64,000 nucleotides of DNA from positions 300,790 through 364,789 of the forward strand of contig CAWHAR010000002.1 of the NCBI GenBank assembly GCA_963827385.1. Direction: 5' to 3'. Below are positions 31,223 through 42,071 of this stretch, piece after piece. This DNA is from an uncultured Actinomycetes bacterium. GTDB lineage: Bacteria; Actinomycetota; Acidimicrobiia; IMCC26256; DASPTH01. Every line of letters begins with the position of its first letter. The first letter of the stretch is position 1. The notes below the pieces were generated by a model that was given only the letters and a program-made list of their open reading frames with translations, was not told the origin of the DNA and made no database searches. A program made the translations under genes and the position numbers.

Positions 31223-33347
31223 ATGGCAACGGAGTTGATCGTCGCGATCGTCGTCGTGGCGCTGGTCGTGATCGTCGCGTACAAGTCGTTCCACTCGGTC
31301 GGCGCGGCCGAGGTGGGGCTCGTGTCGAAGCGCTTCGCGTTCCGCAACTTGAGCGACGACAACCCGATCGCGTTCCGCGGCGAGGCGGGCTATCAGGCCA
31401 ACCTGTTGATGCCGGGCCTGCGCTTCAAGATCTGGCCGATGTTCGGCGTGACGAAGTATCCATGGGTGCAGGTGCCCGCAGGCGAGATTGGCGTGGTGAT
31501 CGCGCAGGTGGGCGCGCCCCTGCCGATCGGCGCGAAGAGCGCCGCGTACCGCACCGAGTTCGGCAACTTCTCCGACATCCACGGCTTCATCAGTGCAGGC
31601 GGCCAGAAGGGCGTGCAGCGACCGGTCCTACCGCCGGGAACGCTCTTGCCGATCCACCCTGTCGCGTTCGTGGTCATCACCGCGCAGAGCGTGTACGGCC
31701 AGCCGGTGTCGCCCGAGCTGGTGTCGCAGTCCGACGACGGGATGCTCACGCCCGAGTCGTTCGGCCTCACGGCCGACGCGCTCCGCGTTGTGGTGATCGC
31801 ACCAGACGGTGTGGTCGACCAGGTCGGTGTGGTGACGACGCTGGAAGGTGAACCGCTGCTCTCTGGCGACATCGCGAGCCGCCTCGGCGGCTTCGACGAC
31901 ATCGCTGCGCTCGAGGCTCGCGAGGTCGAGTCGGGCGAGACGGTGAGCGACGCCGACTTCATCGAGGTGCTGCTCGGCAGCAAGAACGGCCTGCACAACA
32001 ACTACCAGGACTATCAGGCCTTCCTCGACGCCGGCGGCAAGATCGGCTTGCAACACGATCCGTTGCAGTACGGCGCGTACTTGCTCAACCCGTTCCTCGT
32101 GCGTGTCGAGCTCGTGCCGATGCTCGTGGTGAACCAGGGCGAGGTCGCGGTGATGAAGGGCTTCGTGGGTCTGCCCACGCTCGACACGTCGGGCGTGGAG
32201 TTCAAGTTCGGCTCGATCGTGCGTCCGGGCCACCGTGGCATCTGGCAGGAGCCATTGCGTACGGGGAAGTACCCGATCAACCCGCGGGTGTACGCGGCGG
32301 AGATCGTGCCCACGTTCATCCTCACGTTGAACTGGGCCGACGCGACGTCGGAGGCGCACGACCTCGACTCGCACCTGTCGTCGATCGTCGGCAAGAGCCG
32401 CGAAGGGTTCGTGTTCCAGATCGATCTGCAGGTGCAGATCCACGTGCCCGACACGCGCGCGCCGAAGGTGATCTCGATGGTCGGCACGATGCGCAACCTC
32501 GTGAGCGAGGTGTTGCAGTCGGCGGTGGGCAACCACTTCCGCAACACACTGCAGGCGCTCGAGGCGGTGAAGTTCATCGAGACCCGCCAAGAGGTGCAGA
32601 CCGCGGCGCTCGACGCGATCACGCGAGTACCTCGCGCAGTACCAGGTGGAGACGAAGGGCGTCTACATCCAGGATGTGGTGTTCCCCGCCGAGCTGGTGA
32701 TCGTGCTCACGCAACGCGAGATCGCGAACCAGGAGAAGGCGACGTTCGAGGAGCAGCAGCGCGCGCAGACGTCGCGCGTCGAGATGGAGAAGGCGAAGGG
32801 CACTGCCGACATGCAGGCGCAACTCGCCAGCGCGCAAGTGGGCGTGCAGATCGAGACGAACCGCGCCGACGCGCGCGAGGCGCAAGGTCGCGGTGAAGCG
32901 TCGTACGTCGAGGTCACCGGGTTGGCCGAAGCGGCTCGTCGTCAAGCGATCGGGCTTGCCGAAGCGAAGGCAACGGAGGCACTCGGATTGGCACGCGCCG
33001 CCGGCTTCGAGGCACAGACGCAGGCGCTCGGCGGGCCCGCGACCGCGTTGGTCGCGGTGGCCAACGCGGTTTCCGAGGGCCACATCACGGTGGTGCCGGA
33101 AGTGTTGGTCACCGGTGGCGGCAACGGCGGTGGTGGCGCACTCGACGGGCTCGCCGCGACGTTGATGCGCTATCTCGGCAACGGCGGGAACGGCGGGAAG
33201 TCGACTCCCCCGTCGTCGAGCACGCCCGCGCTCATCGTGCCGGAGACGCCACTCGCAGAGTCGCAAGCGGAAGCAGTTGCGGAAGCCGAACGAGACGAGG
33301 ACGAGGCCGCTCGCGACGATTCAGAAGGCAACGCCGATCGCAGTTGA
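31223..33347 (+). CDS. flotillin-like SPFH/band-7 protein, one frameshift near 32625
   Basis: N-terminal TM helix MATELIVAIVVVALVVIVAY, SPFH core, then long Ala/Glu/Gln-rich coiled-coil EA-repeat tail; frames 31106..32896 and 32646..33347 join at ALDAIT/REYLAQYQVETKGVYIQDVVFP (CG-repeat contraction). Confidence 0.75.
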
Positions 33348-33955
33348 TCCGTGCAAGATGGTCAGCACCGGCCCACCAGGTCGGGCAATCTGTGCGGGTG
33401 CCTGACCATCTGACGGACCCCCCTGGGCGAGCGGCGACAAGCTCGATAGATCCGAGCATCTACGCGCAGCGACTCCTCGACGACAACCGAGCAGGCCGGT
33501 GTTTCATCTGTGACCTGGTGCAGGATCCGTCCGGCGAACACGTCATCTACAAAGACGAACTTTGCATCGCGTTCCTGCCGAAGTACCCGACCATGCGCGG
33601 GAGGGCGCTGCTCGCCCCAATCGAACACCGGACGCAGGTCGTCGGCGACTTCTCCCAAGCTGACTACCTAGCCCTTCAAGGCCACGTCTATCGGCTCGGT
33701 CGTGCGATCTCTGCAGCCTTTGCAACAGAACGGCTCTACATCATGAGCCTCGGATCAAACGACGGTGTCGCTCACGTTCATTGGCACCTCGCGCCGCTCC
33801 CGCCCGGCGTTCCGTTCACCGAGCAACAGTTCCACGCACTGGATGTCGCAAACGGCTACCTCGATCTGAGCCACGACGAACTCGCAAGCATCGCGTCATC
33901 GATCGCGAACAGCCTTGCGACTGTCCGGGCCGCGGACAACGCAGCGGAGAAGTGA
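33344..33955 (+). CDS. HIT family protein (histidine triad hydrolase)
   Basis: HVHWHLAP histidine-triad motif; TTG at 33344 overlaps the flotillin stop; the true start may be an internal GTG. Confidence 0.7.
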   Translation: MIRARWSAPAHQVGQSVRVPDHLTDPPGRAATSSIDPSIYAQRLLDDNRAGRCFICDLVQDPSGEHVIYKDELCIAFLPKYPTMRGRALLAPIEHRTQVVGDFSQADYLALQGHVYRLGRAISAAFATERLYIMSLGSNDGVAHVHWHLAPLPPGVPFTEQQFHALDVANGYLDLSHDELASIASSIANSLATVRAADNAAEK

Positions 33956-34037
33956 GAAGGAAACGAAGAGTTGGACGAAGCGGTTCGGCACGGTCGCCTG
34001 CGACCCGTGACCGTTGCAGATCAGGCAACATTTGCGT

Positions 34038-34472
34038 ATGACTGAGACGGATGCGGTGATCCAAGAACTCCTTGCGCGGTGTCGGCGAGATTTCATTGGA
34101 TGGATCAACGGAGATGGCACCGGCTACGAGCTGCCGGTGGACGGCACGATCTACGGACCGTTCGGCGGGACGGCCCAACGAGGTGGCCCCAAGCTCGCCG
34201 AGGCGCAACGAGCGGGCGCCAAGACATGGTGGATTTCAGGTACCGGCGACGTGGAGTTGATCACCGGTGGCGTGTCGGGGGATATCGCGTGGCTGGTCTA
34301 CATCGAGCGCGCCACTGTCATGTTTGCGGAGCGCGAGGAGTCGAGACGCTGGGAACTTCGCATCACCGACCTGTTCCGACGACAGGGCGAAACCTGGGAG
34401 CGGTTCCACATCCACGAGGATGCGTGCGTCGATCCTCGCGGACTCGACGACGTTCTGTCCCAGCTTCCGTAG
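34038..34472 (+). CDS. SnoaL/NTF2-like fold protein
   Basis: About 145 aa from first ATG; cone-shaped alpha+beta composition; lower local GC. Confidence 0.5.
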   Translation: MTETDAVIQELLARCRRDFIGWINGDGTGYELPVDGTIYGPFGGTAQRGGPKLAEAQRAGAKTWWISGTGDVELITGGVSGDIAWLVYIERATVMFAEREESRRWELRITDLFRRQGETWERFHIHEDACVDPRGLDDVLSQLP

Positions 34473-34619
34473 CCGCCCAGGTCTAGCTGACCTGTCCTGC
34501 GACCGCAGGTGTGCAAGAAAGAGCCATCGGTCAGCACCGACTTGGGCGTATGGACTCGGCGCTACCAGACCGGTTCGGCGAGTGGGGACGCGCCAGCTGC
34601 GCTTCGGCTGGCATGAACG

Positions 34620-35255
34620 ATGACACGGTGCCATAGCTGCCGATCCATTGCTCTGCCGACCGGTACGAAAACGAAGTTGAGCCAGCACGTCAGCCACCAG
34701 CTCGGGCACAATGCGCAGGTGGTTCTCAACAACGCATCGACGCGACGGCGCACCACCCGACTTGCGGCCGCCATCACCATCGCTGGTCTCATATGCGTAT
34801 CGATCGCGGTTGACGGACTCACAGCCGCGGCGGAATCGAAGCCCACGGTCACAGCTGCGAGCACGCTCGAAGCAACAGCCATCGCGAGCGCGAAGGCGTG
34901 GCTCACCGGAACGGCCGACGACATCAGGAAGTACCAAGGGCCCCGGTGCGTGTCGACGACGCACAGCGACGCGAGCCCCGCGCAGGAGGCCGCAGCCCTC
35001 AAGAAGGCGCGGGCGCTGTGGGCGCAAAGCATGGGTCGACCTCTGAAGACGATCAAGATTCTTGGTGCACAGGTACGGAACCTGACGGCCACGAGCGGCG
35101 AGGCGGAAGTCGCGTACGACCTTCCAACTGCGGTCGCGGGCAACGACAACTGGGTCGGTTTCAAGCGATACAACGGCAGGTGGAAGGTCGCGGACTGCCA
35201 CATGCCGTTCGGCGGGAACGCGGAGAAGGCAGTGCCCGCGACACCGACGACCTAG
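34620..35255 (+). CDS. hypothetical secreted or membrane-anchored protein
   Basis: Hydrophobic segment LAAAITIAGLICVSIAVDG then soluble domain; start uncertain; lower-GC region. Confidence 0.4.
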   Translation: MTRCHSCRSIALPTGTKTKLSQHVSHQLGHNAQVVLNNASTRRRTTRLAAAITIAGLICVSIAVDGLTAAAESKPTVTAASTLEATAIASAKAWLTGTADDIRKYQGPRCVSTTHSDASPAQEAAALKKARALWAQSMGRPLKTIKILGAQVRNLTATSGEAEVAYDLPTAVAGNDNWVGFKRYNGRWKVADCHMPFGGNAEKAVPATPTT

Positions 35256-35316
35256 TGCGCGCTGCGCACGCTCTTACGCGAAAGGTGACGGTGGTGCTGC
35301 AGCAGCCGTCGACGTC

Positions 35317-36156
35317 GTGAACCGCGTCCAGTTGCGCGAGCTCGGCTTCGAGCTCGGCGCGCGCGCCGTTGGTGGCGAGTCGCAGGGTGCGTGGTTCGCG
35401 ACGGGACCCGACGGTACGCCCGTCGTGCTCAAGTGGTTCCCCGACGAGGCCGTCGCCGATCGGTACGCGGTGCTGCTCCCCGCCCTCGACGAGCTGAGAG
35501 CACGCGGCGTTCCAGTTCCCCAGTACCCGCATGTCATCGCGGCCGATGGCTGGACGCTCTCCGCGCAGCAGATGCTGCCCGGCCGATCAGAGGACAATCC
35601 GTCGCCCGCGGTCGTCGAAGCGATGGTCGAATGCATCGCCGCCAAGGCCGGCATCGCGGGGCCGCCGCCGGCGCCCGACCTGCTCCCCTGGGGCGAGTTC
35701 ATCGTCCGCACCTTGACGCACGGCCAGGACGGGTGGGTCATGCACGAGCCGCTGCGCACCGGGGATCGGCGCAGCGCAGCGGTGCTCGACCGCATCGAGG
35801 CGGTCGGCGACAACGCCGACCCGAGCTGGTTCCCTGACGACGGCCTCGTGCACCTCGACCCGCACACCGACAACGTCCTCATCGACGACGGCACGCTCAC
35901 GGGCATCATCGATTGGGAGGGCGCCTGCGCCGGAGACCACCAGTTCGACCTCGTCGCGTTCGCGTTCGACCTCGACGGACACGGCCAGCCGATCTGGGAC
36001 ATCGTCGACGCCGCCCGCCTCGAGTCACGGGTGCTGCGCGCGTACATCGCGCATCTCACCTTGAGGTTCACCGACTGGGCCATCCGTCACCATCCCGAAG
36101 ATGTGCCGCGCCAGCTCGACCGCGCCGAGCGCGTCCTCGATCGGTACGAGGCCTAG
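35317..36156 (+). CDS. phosphotransferase enzyme family protein (APH-like small-molecule kinase)
   Basis: 279 aa intact; catalytic HLDPHTDNVLIDDG and Mg-binding IIDWEGA motifs. Confidence 0.75.
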   Translation: MNRVQLRELGFELGARAVGGESQGAWFATGPDGTPVVLKWFPDEAVADRYAVLLPALDELRARGVPVPQYPHVIAADGWTLSAQQMLPGRSEDNPSPAVVEAMVECIAAKAGIAGPPPAPDLLPWGEFIVRTLTHGQDGWVMHEPLRTGDRRSAAVLDRIEAVGDNADPSWFPDDGLVHLDPHTDNVLIDDGTLTGIIDWEGACAGDHQFDLVAFAFDLDGHGQPIWDIVDAARLESRVLRAYIAHLTLRFTDWAIRHHPEDVPRQLDRAERVLDRYEA

Positions 36157-36228
36157 GGGACAATCGTCATCTGCTCGCTCGCCAGAAAGTCAAGGCGCGC
36201 GCCCGCTGATCGTGACAGGCTCCGCTCG

Positions 36229-36886
36229 ATGCGACCGCCGACTGCAATGTTGTTCGACGCTGGCGGAGTGTTGCTCCTGCCCGGCGGACGACAGGTGAGT
36301 GCCATGTTCGCCGAGGCTGGGATCGAGCTCGAGGCGCGTCGCTGTCGAGCACGCGTGGTCCCGGTCACTCGCCGACGCCGACCGGCGTGGCGACCTCGAG
36401 CCGGCATCAGTCGCGGATGGTTGGGTGCGTCACGCCGGGACGCCGCACGACTCGCACGCCGACGCGGTCGCTGCGCTCAGCGCCGAGCTTCGACGCCACC
36501 GTGTCGCGTGGCACGAGGCGGTCGACGACGCGCACGACACCTTGACAGCGCTGCGATCGCGGGGCATCAGGTTGGGATGTGTCTCGAACAGCGACGGCAC
36601 CGTCGAGCGCGAACTCGAGATGCTCGGGCTCACGGAGCACTTCGAAGTGATCATCGATTCCGAGGTCGTTGGAATCGCGAAACCCGATCCGCGCATCTTT
36701 GCGCTTGCCCTCGACCGAATGCCTGACATTCGCGCTCACGAATGCGTGTACGTCGGCGACACGATCCACTTCGACGTCGACCCCGCCACACGTGCCGGCT
36801 TGTTCGCATGCCACTTCGATCGGCTCGGCCTCTACTCCACGCCGCCACACATGGCGTCCGCATCAGGCGCTTGCCGGAGCTCTTGA
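36229..36886 (+). CDS. HAD family hydrolase, one or two frameshifts at 36290-36420
   Basis: Motif I LFDAGGVL in ORF 36229..36726; motifs II-IV (GCVSNSDGT, GIAKPDPRIF, YVGDTIHFDV) in ORF 36299..36886. Confidence 0.6.
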
Positions 36887-36957
36887 CACTCCAGATCTCT
36901 CGCACCTGATCCAACCTTGACCACTCCGCTACTGAGTACGTTCGTGGCCGGTGGTGC

Positions 36958-37827
36958 GTGACAACGGGAGGGACGATGCCGAGTGCCGATGAGGTCCGAG
37001 CTTCACAGCGAGAGACGTGGGCTGGGCTCTCGGCAGGCTGGGAGAAATGGGACTCGGTCATCGTCGACCAGCTGAGCCCCGTCGGCGCCGCAATGATCGA
37101 ACGCCTCGAGCTCGCAGACGGTGAACAGCACCTCGACATCGCTGCAGGCACCGGTGAGCCGGGTCTGAGCATCGCGACACTGATCCCGAGCGGACGCGTC
37201 GTGCTGACCGACCTCGTCGCAGAGATGCTGGAGATCGCGGCACGACGAGCGAAGGAGCAAGGCATCGCGAACGTCGACACGCAGGTGTGCAGCGCCGATG
37301 ATCTGCCGTTCGACGACGCCACCTTCGACAGCGTCTCGGTGCGCTTCGGGTACATGTTCTTCCCCGACGTCACCACGGCGACGAGCGAGTTCGCGCGCGT
37401 GCTCAAGCCGGGCGGACGCCTCTGTTCCTCGGTGTGGGTGAGGCCCGACGAGAATCCATGGACGGCGATCGCCATGCAGGCGATCGCGACCGAGGTCGTG
37501 GTGGCGCCCCCCGATCCGGAACGACCGAACATGTTCCGCTGCGCGGCCCCGGGATACGTCAGCGCCCTGTACGAGGGCGCGGGACTGCGCGACGTCGAGG
37601 AATGGGATGTCGACCTCGAGCTCGTGACACACTCGCCGTCGCAATACTGGGACATGATCAGCGAGCACGTCTCGCTCGCGGTTGCGGCGCTGCAGCACGT
37701 CGACGCGCCGGCACACGAACGCATTCGTGCCCACGCCATCGCGGCCGTCAGTGCATACGAGACCGACAGCTTGGTCCGAGTGCCGGGCGTCGCCCGCTGC
37801 ATCGTCGGAACGAAACACGACGCGTAG
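36958..37827 (+). CDS. class I SAM-dependent methyltransferase
   Basis: 289 aa intact; LDIAAGTGEPG motif I and LKPGGRL motif; methyltransf_11-like. Confidence 0.85.
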   Translation: MTTGGTMPSADEVRASQRETWAGLSAGWEKWDSVIVDQLSPVGAAMIERLELADGEQHLDIAAGTGEPGLSIATLIPSGRVVLTDLVAEMLEIAARRAKEQGIANVDTQVCSADDLPFDDATFDSVSVRFGYMFFPDVTTATSEFARVLKPGGRLCSSVWVRPDENPWTAIAMQAIATEVVVAPPDPERPNMFRCAAPGYVSALYEGAGLRDVEEWDVDLELVTHSPSQYWDMISEHVSLAVAALQHVDAPAHERIRAHAIAAVSAYETDSLVRVPGVARCIVGTKHDA

Positions 37828-37889
37828 CGACACACGGCGACGCGACCGTGATCGATTCCGTGACCGCGCGGTCGTGCGCGATGGGCCGT

Positions 37890-38633
37890 TCAGGTGATGA
37901 GCAGACGAGCACCGAGCTCAGCCGCGTCGAGACCGACGAGCTCGCGGTTGCGTTCGGCCCACCGACCTGACGTGAGATCATCCCGCAGGCTTTTGACTGC
38001 GCGCCGCTCGGCGTCCGGTCCGAGTGCCGCCCAGACCGACATCCCACGACGCACGTTCTCGTCGAGGTACGCGTCGGGCCGACGCCAGAACGCTTCGAAC
38101 AAGCCGTCTGCGCAGTCCCATGGGACCGGCACCGGTTCCATCCGTGCTCCGATCGCGCCCGCCAGTTCGGGCAGCGCTGCCAAGATTCTGCAGCCGGGCA
38201 AGGCCGCGAACCCGGGCAGGTAGTCGCGCGTCAGCCAGAACTGAGTCGTGTCACTGAGGTCGAATGCGAACACGACCACTCGCCGAGCAACGCGCTGCAT
38301 CTCGCGCAGGCCCGCGATCGCGTTCGGCCAGTGATGAATCGTGCACACCGCCATCGCGGCGTCGAAGGACTGGTCGTCGAACGGGAGGTGTTCGGCCGAT
38401 CCCGCCACGCACGGCGCCGCATCGGCAAGGCGCTGGGAACGCATGAGCGCTGATGGTTCCACCGAAAAGACTTGACGGTCGTCGGGCTCGTACGATCCGG
38501 TCCCCGCCCCGACGTTCAGCACCGTCTCGGCATCACCGAGCGCAGCCCAGATCCGCGCCGCGATCCGCGGCTCGGTGCGCCGGGTCACGGTGTACGTGGC
38601 TCCGATGGTGTCATACAGCTGCGCGTTCGCCAT
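37890..38633 (-). CDS. class I SAM-dependent methyltransferase
   Basis: VLNVGAGTGSY motif I; start taken at internal Met (MANAQLYD) of track ORF 37890..38735. Confidence 0.75.
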   Translation of the reverse strand: MANAQLYDTIGATYTVTRRTEPRIAARIWAALGDAETVLNVGAGTGSYEPDDRQVFSVEPSALMRSQRLADAAPCVAGSAEHLPFDDQSFDAAMAVCTIHHWPNAIAGLREMQRVARRVVVFAFDLSDTTQFWLTRDYLPGFAALPGCRILAALPELAGAIGARMEPVPVPWDCADGLFEAFWRRPDAYLDENVRRGMSVWAALGPDAERRAVKSLRDDLTSGRWAERNRELVGLDAAELGARLLIT

Positions 38634-38864
38634 GGCCCTACGGACAGCAGATCCCGCGGATCGCCGGTTGCGGGGTCCACTGAGAATTCCCCGCATCGAG
38701 CGCAAGCGCCGGCGTGAGCTCTCTGATTCCCTCAACGAGGTGCGCGTTCAGCGGACGCTTCGCCACCCGCTCTGGCTGCTCGCGCAGTGCTTGTGCCCAG
38801 CGCCGCTCCCAGAAGTCGCGGTCGTACGTCGCTTCGGTCACCGTCGGTTCCGCCTCTCGAGCCG

Positions 38865-39277
38865 TCAGGCGATCGGGGCGTCGCTGCCGCCGTGGGCGAA
38901 CAGCGCGTAGATCACCAAGACGTCGATCACGATGACCGAGAAAGCGGCGATCGGGAACGCGAACACCCAGAACGCCATCAGAAGGATCGAGATCACGGCG
39001 GCGGCGATCCCGACCCACCGGCCCCACTCCTTGGCGCGAACACTGCGAACCCCGCGAAGAATGCGATGACACCCCACGTGATCATGATCCAACCCCAGGT
39101 CTCGAGGTTGGCGTAGCTGAGCTGAGCAGCGATCACCTTCGCCGCGCCGTTGTCCTTGTGGTCGAGTGCCCACAAGCCCTGGATGATCGTGATCGCGCCT
39201 GACAACATCACCATGAAGCCGGCGAACCCGATCCACAGGAAACGTTCTTCGGCGGCAGGATCCATTGCAGTTGACAT
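38865..39277 (-). CDS. small polytopic membrane protein, one frameshift near 39040
   Basis: AGGAGGG upstream of ATG 39277; MSTAMDPAAEERFLWIGFAGFMVMLSGAITIIQGLWAL... continues in ORF 38865..39236 (WVGIAAAVISILLMAFWVFAFPIAAFSVIVIDVLVIYALF). Confidence 0.5.
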
Positions 39278-39400
39278 GTGCCCTCCTGGGCTCGCGTGCA
39301 CCGAGGTTGTCACAGATCGCCCGACCACGCGGCCACCCCAGCAGTCCGCGCGATCCGGGTACGGCTTCTGCTGCGCGGATGACGCGCGATCGGGCAGGCT

Positions 39401-40135
39401 GTGCACATGACCGACGGTGGTGTTGGGCGATCGCGCGGCTTGGCGACGGACTACGACCCGATCGCGATCGACTACGACGCCGACCGCGACAATCCCTTCA
39501 ACGCGCTCTACGAACGGCCGGCGTCGCTGGCTCTGTTGCCGTCGCTGTCGGGGGCCCACGTGCTCGACGCAGGATGCGGCTCGGGGCTGCACGCGGCGGA
39601 GATCATCGGTCGCGGCGCCACGGTGGTCGGCGTAGACGCCAGTGCCGAGCTCCTCGAGCTCGCCCGTCGACGCTGTCCCGATGGTGCGGAGTTCCATCGC
39701 GCAGACCTGGCCGAACCCTTGCCGTTCCTCGTCGACGACTCGTTCGACGCCGTGCTGTGCGCGCTCGCAATCCACTACCTCCGCGACTGGGTGCCGACGC
39801 TCGAGGAGTTCAAGCGGGTCCTGCGTCCTGACGGTGTGGTCGTGATGTCGACGCATCATCCGGCGCGTGACATCGAGCTGTCGCACACCGGCGACTACTT
39901 CGCGACCGAGCTCCTCACCGATCGCTGGACGAAGAACGGTCGAACGTTCGATGTGCAGTTCTGGCGTCGGCCGCTGACCGACATGATCGCCGCCGTGCAG
40001 CAGAGCGGGTTTCGCATCGACCGCCTCGTGGAGCCCGCGCCCGTCGCGGAGTGCGAAGCGCAGTTCCCGCACGAGTGGACGTTGCTCACCACCAAGCCCG
40101 GGTTTCTCTTCTTCCGACTCCGGCTCGACTCGTAG
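39401..40135 (+). CDS. class I SAM-dependent methyltransferase
   Basis: 244 aa intact; VLDAGCGSGLHA motif I, LRPDGVVV post-I motif. Confidence 0.85.
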   Translation: MHMTDGGVGRSRGLATDYDPIAIDYDADRDNPFNALYERPASLALLPSLSGAHVLDAGCGSGLHAAEIIGRGATVVGVDASAELLELARRRCPDGAEFHRADLAEPLPFLVDDSFDAVLCALAIHYLRDWVPTLEEFKRVLRPDGVVVMSTHHPARDIELSHTGDYFATELLTDRWTKNGRTFDVQFWRRPLTDMIAAVQQSGFRIDRLVEPAPVAECEAQFPHEWTLLTTKPGFLFFRLRLDS

Positions 40136-40146
40136 AGTCGCAGGCC

Positions 40147-40779
40147 GTGGCTGACTGGCAGACGATCTCGTCACTCGCAACGGCCGGCGGCACACTCGTG
40201 CTCGCGCTGGCCACCTTCTCCGCCGTGCGCTCGTCGAATCGTTCAGCGCGCGTCGCGGAGCGTGCCCTGCTGACCGGAATGCGCCCGCTGCTCGTGCCGT
40301 CGCTGAGTGACGATCCGGTGCAGAAGCTCCTGTGGGGAGGTGGTTACACAGCGCGTCTCAACGGCGGCCGCGCCATCGCCGAGCATCAGGACGGCGTGAT
40401 CTATCTCGCGGTCGGGCTGCGCAACGTCGGCTCTGGCCTCGCGCTCCTCCACGGTTGGTTTCCCACACCGGGCTGGGTCACGGTCCAGGATCCCCGCGCC
40501 GACCTCGATGCGTTTCGCACGTTGAACCTCGACCTCTACATCGCGCCCGGCGGGGCCGGCTACTGGGAGAGCGCCCTGCGCGACGAGAGCGATCCGATCT
40601 ACGGCGAGTTCGCACGCATCCTCGCTGAACGAGACACCTTCACCATCGATCTGCTGTACGGCGATCAGGACGGCGGGCAACGCACCGTCAGTCGCTGCGT
40701 CGTGCTCCCCGCCGCCGACGGTGGCTGGTACGGCCAGGTCGTCCGCCATTGGAACATCGATCGCGCCGACCCTCGCTGA
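40147..40779 (+). CDS. hypothetical membrane-anchored protein
   Basis: GTG 40147 in frame of ORF 40051..40779; N-terminal TM TISSLATAGGTLVLALATFSAV. Confidence 0.4.
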   Translation: MADWQTISSLATAGGTLVLALATFSAVRSSNRSARVAERALLTGMRPLLVPSLSDDPVQKLLWGGGYTARLNGGRAIAEHQDGVIYLAVGLRNVGSGLALLHGWFPTPGWVTVQDPRADLDAFRTLNLDLYIAPGGAGYWESALRDESDPIYGEFARILAERDTFTIDLLYGDQDGGQRTVSRCVVLPAADGGWYGQVVRHWNIDRADPR

Positions 40780-40909
40780 CTCCCCGCCCTGGTCAGCACC
40801 ATTCCCGGTGACCTGCCGGCGACGCATCCAACCGCCGGACTCTGCACCAAACGGATAGATTGCCCGGGAGCGACGGAACCGAACGCAAGCTCAGGTTCCT
40901 TCACTGGGG

Positions 40910-42041
40910 GTGCAGTGCGCCATGAACGACGTTGAGCTCACATCGACGAGCGAACGGCGCACCAGCATGCGACGGGCAGTCGCAGTCGGTGCCGCCGCGG
41001 TGCTCGCGATCATCGCGATTCCGCTGCTCGGCAACCTCGGCGACGGCTCCTCCCGCGGAAGCAAGGGCCACGAACGCCAGGTCACCGATGACCAGGCGTT
41101 GCTCGCGGTGCGGGCCGCCGTGGGCAACACGATCGCGTCAGGCAGCTACGAGAACGACTTCGACCTCCACTCGACGCACCCGAACACCATGGCTCCCACG
41201 TGCCCGGCGGGGGCGACGACGTGTCGAATGGCGGGGAGCGATTCGAGCTTCGACTCGAGCGGTCACGGCATCGTGAACCTCGATCCGTACATCCAGCGCA
41301 CCGTGACTGATGCGACCAGCACGTACGGCCCCCGCATCCTGTACGTGACGTCGACGACGGTGTGGCTGACTGCTGGCACCGCGGGAGGCGCCGAGAACGG
41401 AACGCCCTTGTCGAGCTTCGCCAAGTGCGGTCGAGGGCGCGCTCGGGCCGAGTCAGGGCGCGCTCTCGATGATCAGCCTCGCGAGCCCCGGAGGTGCGCT
41501 CAACCTCGAGCAAGCCGCCATCGCCGACGCAACGGCGGCGGGCAACGGGTCGGTGGACGGGGTGGATGTCACCTACTACGACGTGACGATCGACATGGCC
41601 AAGCTCGCGGACACCCCTGACCTCACCGACGTGCAGCGCGCCACGATCGCCGCGGCGCTGCCGTTGTTGCGACAGGGCGGCTATTCCGGAACGACGGAGC
41701 GGATCGGCGTCGACAGCGTCGGCTACATCCGGGAGATCACGGCAACGAACCACTTCAGCGACGGGAGCACCGGCACCCGCCATTCGGTGCTGTCGAACTT
41801 CGGCTGCGCACCGAAGATCACTCCTCCCGACCAGGTCGGTCCGGCCGTCACCGCGCCCGCCTCCTGCACGTCGCCCGTCCCGCCGACCACGACGCTCACG
41901 GCGACTTCGACGACAACCCCGTCGGCGACGACCGCGTCGGTCCCGTCATCGTCGTCCACCACGACGACGAGCGGACCGGCACCGACCACCACGTCACTCG
42001 CCGAACCGCCGTCGTCGTCGACCACAACGACCAAGCCCTGA
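40910..42041 (+). CDS. secreted protein with C-terminal Thr/Ser/Pro-rich tail, one frameshift near 41440
   Basis: Signal/TM AVAVGAAAVLAIIAIPLLG (ORF 40910..41620); continuation and TTTP low-complexity tail in ORF 41469..42041. Confidence 0.45.
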
Positions 42042-42071
42042 CGACCCAGGCACAGGCGCGGCAGGGCGTGG

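Noticed and set aside
30886-31362. ATG 31050 (MAHGYAPAC...) as the N-terminus of the acetyltransferase.
   Set aside because: It is out of frame with the hexapeptide-repeat body. It might be real if another single-base error exists, so only the in-frame GTG 31027 is annotated.
41800-42041. Thr/Pro/Ser-rich repetitive DNA at the end of the secreted protein gene, and Pro-rich repeats at 9900-10090. Both were considered as possible CRISPR or noncoding repeats.
   Set aside because: The repeats are in-frame low-complexity coding sequence (linker or mucin-like tails). There are no regularly spaced identical repeats with unique spacers.
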